DNA of 38,478 nucleotides, from NCBI GenBank assembly GCA_002104945.1, contig MCFH01000117.1, positions 1 to 38,478 of the forward strand, written 5' to 3'. The DNA comes from Piromyces finnis finn (lineage: Eukaryota > Fungi > Neocallimastigomycota). The position numbers and the translations under genes were made by a program. The notes below the pieces were generated by a model that did no database searches, was not told where the DNA came from, and worked only from the letters and a program-made list of their open reading frames with translations. Of the stretch, positions 33,456 through 38,478 are shown piece after piece; within the stretch, counting starts at the first letter, position 1, and the number at the start of each line of letters is the position of its first letter.

Positions 33456-36400
33456 ATGTTAAGTCAGGATAATAACAGTACATTTAATTATGGTAACAAT
33501 ATAACAAATAATTTATAGTGTTTATTATTTAATATAATGTATAGTTAATAATAAATATAATAAATACATAGGTACATACAATAAAATCCGGGAAGATAAA
33601 AATTATCCATTTGTTTCTCCATTTTTCTTAGATAACAGCAAATTAAATAAAATAAATAAAAATAACGAATTAATATTTAATGCAAATTTTGAATCTGGTA
33701 TATATATATACATAAAAGAAACAATATAATTAACAATTTTAGAATAAATACAATAGAGACAATCAAAAATTTTAGAATAATTACTTAAGTAATTATAAAA
33801 TAATTTAATTGTATGAATAATTTAAATTAAATAGGAAATCTAGATATTGCACAAAAATATTCATATTGTGAATATGATTTGTATATTAAACCCGATCCAT
33901 CAACAAATAATAATAAACAAGGGCATCGGTAATAATAGGATTTTATATTTATTCTAAATATATATCAAGTAATTTTTTAATATATTAAGTTTTTGAAATA
34001 TTTTTTAATTAATTATATATATATATATATATCATTAAATAACAGTGTGTGGTTTTATTTTCAAATTAAAAATGCCGAAAGAAATCAAAGAGTAATTCTC
34101 AATATTGTTAATATTAGTAAAGCAAAAATGGCGTTATATCGAAAAGGAGCAACACCTGTAGTAAAATCCGATAAACGACCTAAATGGTAATTTTTATAAT
34201 CCTAGTTTCCATTTTTCATATATATATAATATAAATATTAAAATTTTTGTTATATATAATTTCATAATGTAGGGTAAGATTACCCAAAGATACAGTATTT
34301 TTACATCGATCAAATAGACATAAAAAAAATTATATACTATCCATTGCCTTTTGCTTTGATGATCCAGATGACACATATTATTTTGCATTTTCATTTCCAT
34401 ATACGTAATTTTCAGTAATTTCACAACTGAAAAAATTACAAATTTGTTATTTGATTATTTATTAATATTAATGTATTCAAAAAAATTGAAAAAATATAGG
34501 TATACACAATTACAAAATTATCTAAAAATTTTAGAAGAACAAAATTTCCCCTTTTTAAAAAGATCATTTATTGGTTATAGTATCGAAAAAAAAAGGTATT
34601 TATATAATACTTATCATATTACAAATATTATAAAATACTTTTCAATTCTATTTATTTAAATTAATATTTGTTATTTTTATAATAAACAAGGATTGATTTA
34701 TTAACAATATCCAACATTGAAAACCTCAGTAAGCCAAGAAAGAAGAAGGTACTTCTTTTTATAATTAAATTATAATTGTTATATTTTGATAAATATTAAA
34801 TAAAAAATAAATATTATCATAATAATGAATTAATATCTTCATGTTTTTTTAAAAAATATAATTTAAATTAATATAAATAATATTTAAATAACAAGATGGT
34901 TTGTATTACTAGTCGTGTACATCCTGGGGAAAGCCCTTCATCATATGTTTGTGAAGGACTAATAAATTTCTTAGTAAGTAATGATCCTATTGCTAAGGTA
35001 ATATTGTTGTGATATTAAAATATTTATTTTAAATCATTTAAGTTATTATTAACTAAATATAAAAAAGATTCTTAGAGATAATTTAATATTTAAGATAATC
35101 CCTTGTCTTAATCCTGATGGTGTATATCATGGAAACTACAGAACATGTACATTGGGTTATGATTTAAACAGAAATTGGTTAAAGTAATTAAACTCATGTA
35201 TTTATAAAATAAAGCTTAAATGTTTTTCAATATATTTACAAAAATTTTCTATAATTTTTATATATAAATATTATAGTCCACAAATTAATTTGCATCCAAC
35301 AATTTATTATGCAAAAAAATTAATTTTATCGGTAATAGATAAATAGCTAATACAAAATATTATATATTGGAAATAGCAATTATAAATAATTACTTATTTT
35401 TATACTAATAAATTAATTTTTTATAAATATTCAGTTTAAAGATAAAGAGGAAATCGATTTGAACATATATATAGATATTCACGCACATAGTACACTAATG
35501 AATGGATTTATTTATGGAAATGTACCAGATGATGATGAAAATAAATATAATTCAACATTATCAACAATATCTTTTCCAACATTATTTAATACAAAAGCAA
35601 AAGATTTTTCATTGAATAATACTATATATAATAAAGATCCTGTAAAAGCTGGAACAGGAAGGAGGTTATTTCAATATATATATAAATATATTACTATTAT
35701 TCTTATTTAAAAATTTATTAATAGTATTTATTTGCATTATTAACAAAATAGAACATTAGGTGAAATATTAGATGATAATTCAAATTGTTATACATTAGAA
35801 GTATCTTTTTTTTTTCAGACTGATCCTGAAACTAATGAATGTGTTCCATATACTATAGAAAAATGTAATTATAAAAATAAATATATTATATAAACTTATG
35901 AACATTTATATAAATATAATAAAATTATAATACATTGTGTAATTATATTAATAGATAGAGAATTTGGAAGAAATATGGCAAAAACATTTTATGATTATTT
36001 TGAATTGTCTGGTGAAAAGAAAATGGGAAATAAGTCCATAGAAAAATTAGATGAAAAGCATAATAATATAATAAATAATGAAATTAATAATAATGGAAAA
36101 AATGATTATTATAAAGCTATATTAAATAATAATATTTGTGATCTCAATGCTTTAATTGATGACACCACAAAAAATATAAATAAAAATGAATTACAGGAAA
36201 TAACAAGTAGTATTAGCTATATAGATTATAGTATTAACAAATTATTATCCGAAAATACTGTAATTACTGATAATTTTAATAGCGAGATGGATATTTCAAA
36301 ATTAGAAAAAATCTTTAAATCTGATTCTTTTTCTCAAAAATTTCATAGAGACTTTATTTCTGATGAATATATTAAGAATTATAATGAAAAAGAAATTTTA

Positions 36401-38136
36401 AATAATAAAGCAAAAAACAAAGAAACTTTTTTAACAAACGATAATAATCTTTATTCATATAAAGAAGAAAAAAATAAACTTAAAAAAGAAGACTCAAAAG
36501 AAACAGTTACTATGTTAAACATTAATAATCAAAATGAGAAAAAAGAAATAAAAAATAATACGACAAATGATTTAATGAAAAAAAATGAAAATAATAATAA
36601 TAGAGATGATATAAAAATATATAAAGAGAAAAAAAATAATATAGATAAATATAATAATAATTATGTAGAAACTGCTATTAAAAATAATAGCAATATTAAC
36701 AATAAAAATAATAGTAATTATGACAACAATAAAAATGAAGATGAAGTAGTAATAAATAAAATAAGAAATATAGAAAAAGTAATAACAGATTCTAGTGATA
36801 TGGATGAAACAAAAGTAGTTTATTCTAATAATAATAATAATAATATTTTAACAAAGAGTTCTAATATATTAATTAATGAAAATAATAAGAAATTAGAAAA
36901 TACTGAAAAATCAAATATTGAATATAAAGATATAAATAGTGAAAATATAATACATAGATGTGAAAATAATAAAGATAGTAAAAATGAAAATTATAATAAA
37001 AATAAAATAGAAATTAAAAATGAAAAGGATTGTAACAATACTATAAATACTAAAGATGAAATAGAACATAAAAATAACAATAATAATATTTGTTGCTGTT
37101 GCAGAACATTAATAAAACCTCAAAACAAGGCCATTAATTGTAATATTAATAATGAAATTTCACTTAATGAAAAAGATTATATATTAAACTATGCTAATCC
37201 AGTAACAGACTTTTCATTAGCATCAAATAACTGCATTGAAAAAAAGAATAATAATAAATTTAATGATAAATGCTCTTTAATGGATTATATAACAAGTAAG
37301 TATTTTCTTAATTAAAGTATTAATAGGCTTGATTATATGTATTAATATTTCATTAAAAATATTATAAATTAAAAAAAAAAGAAGAAAAAGATGGGAAAAA
37401 AGAGAAATATGAAAATAAAGAATATGTTGAAGATATGGATGATTTTAAAGATATTTCATCAAAATTATTTTTGGATTCAATAGGGAACAAAAAAGGAATG
37501 CTTTCTAAGAGTTATATGAATATTCAAAATAAATATTTAGCAAAGAAAAAAGAAATTTTACAAAAGCTTTCTAAAAATCAATATATTAATAAAATTATTG
37601 AAAATTATACTCCAAAAAATAATATTATCGATACTTCACCTATTAAAATCACCACATTTAAAGAACTCAAACATCAAAAAAAAGCTTCATTATCTAAAAT
37701 TTCATCTTCTACAGATAAAAAAATGGATATTGTTAATCTATTATCAGAATCAAATTCCTCAATAAGTGACAATTTAACTTATAATAATAAAATAATTAAT
37801 AATGAAAATGATACAAGTAAAACTAATAAATTAATTTCAAAATCAAAACCACAAAATATTGCATTAAAACGAAGAACAAGTTTAAGTTCGTCTAAATCAG
37901 AACATTCTAATATTATTAAAAATGATAATTCACAATCTATTTCATACATTCCATTTATTAAATCATTATCAACTCAACTTCAAAATTCACAAAAATCTTT
38001 TTCTTATGAAAACATAGATTTATATCAAAATATTGTTAATAACAGTAATAGTAATAGTAATAGTAATAGTAATAGTAATAGTAATAGTAATAGTAATAGT
38101 AATAGTAATAGTAATAGTAATAGTAATAGTAAATAG
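33456..38136 (+). CDS. Cytosolic carboxypeptidase 6-like tubulin deglutamylase (peptidase M14D, AGBL4 type) with a long Asn/Lys-rich C-terminal extension
   Basis: Spliced motifs [23 protein letters not shown]...[63 protein letters not shown] and YTLEVSF. It continues in frame into ORFs 35975-37315 and 37435-38136. The start exon is inferred. Confidence 0.88.
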
Positions 38137-38478
38137 TAATAGTAATAGTAATAGTAATAGTAATAGTAATAGTAATAGTAATAGTAATAGTAATAGTAAT
38201 AGTAATAGTAATAGTAATAGTAATAGTAATAGTAATAGTAATAGTAATAGTAATAGTAATAGTAATAGTAATAGTAATAGTAATAGTAATAGTAATAGTA
38301 ATAGTAATAGTAATAGTAATAGTAATAGTAATAGTAATAGTAATAGTAATAGTAATAGTAATAGTAATAGTAATAGTAATAGTAATAGTAATAGTAATAG
38401 TAATAGTAATAGTAATAGTAATAGTAATAGTAATAGTAATAGTAATAGTAATAGTAATAGTAATAGTAATAGTAATAG
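38044..38478 (+). repeat. (AGTAAT)n hexamer array, about 72 units, running off the window end
   Basis: Pure array with a single extra A at ~38131 that creates the TAG 38134-36. It encodes (NS)n in the carboxypeptidase frame. Confidence 0.97.

Noticed and set aside
33490-33497. ATGGTAAC as an RFX X-box for the flagellar carboxypeptidase
   Set aside because: Only a half-site, located in intron 1, so it is not supportable.
2192-34659. Many short track ORFs (e.g. 2192-2542, 5603-5803, 11111-11347, 13316-13594, 14214-14420, 14487-14867, 22526-22756, 31759-32109, 34194-34424)
   Set aside because: They are alternative-frame or antisense shadows of real genes, or translations of AT-rich and microsatellite DNA (poly-L/I/F), with no independent support.
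38044-38478. (AGTAAT)n as a telomere
   Set aside because: It begins inside a coding exon as an (NS)n tract and is not a G-run telomeric motif. A coding microsatellite is the simpler explanation.

Overview
Extremely AT-rich, intron-rich eukaryotic DNA. An anaerobic gut fungus (Neocallimastigomycota) is the best inference, based on the AT content, short AT-rich introns, Asn-rich proteins and a retained flagellar tubulin deglutamylase. Bases 1-13100 look accessory. They hold an apparently intact single-ORF APE/RT non-LTR retrotransposon (1618-6174) whose first 1.5 kb is mirrored as a spacerless, error-rich inverted copy (1-1485, possibly a read/assembly fold-back). They also hold a 5'-truncated DUF4832-like gene abutting the element's poly(A), an orphan secreted protein, and an unidentified intronless ~640-codon frame broken in A-runs (11156-13075). 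That frame ends in a 31-nt sequence identical to one near the 3' end of the LINE ORF. Bases 13400-38478 are spliced housekeeping genes: Kish/TMEM167 (absent from the ORF track), LSM5, an Asi1/Asi3-like RING ligase, eIF2B-beta, transportin-1, a ClC Cl-/H+ exchanger, NSE3/MAGE and a CCP6/AGBL4-like carboxypeptidase running into an (AGTAAT)n array at the window end. The strongest observations are two minor-spliceosome (U12-type) intron candidates (AT-AC in eIF2B-beta, GT-AG in LSM5) and the LINE-shared 31-mer. All gene identities come from motif recognition by eye; no database search was run.
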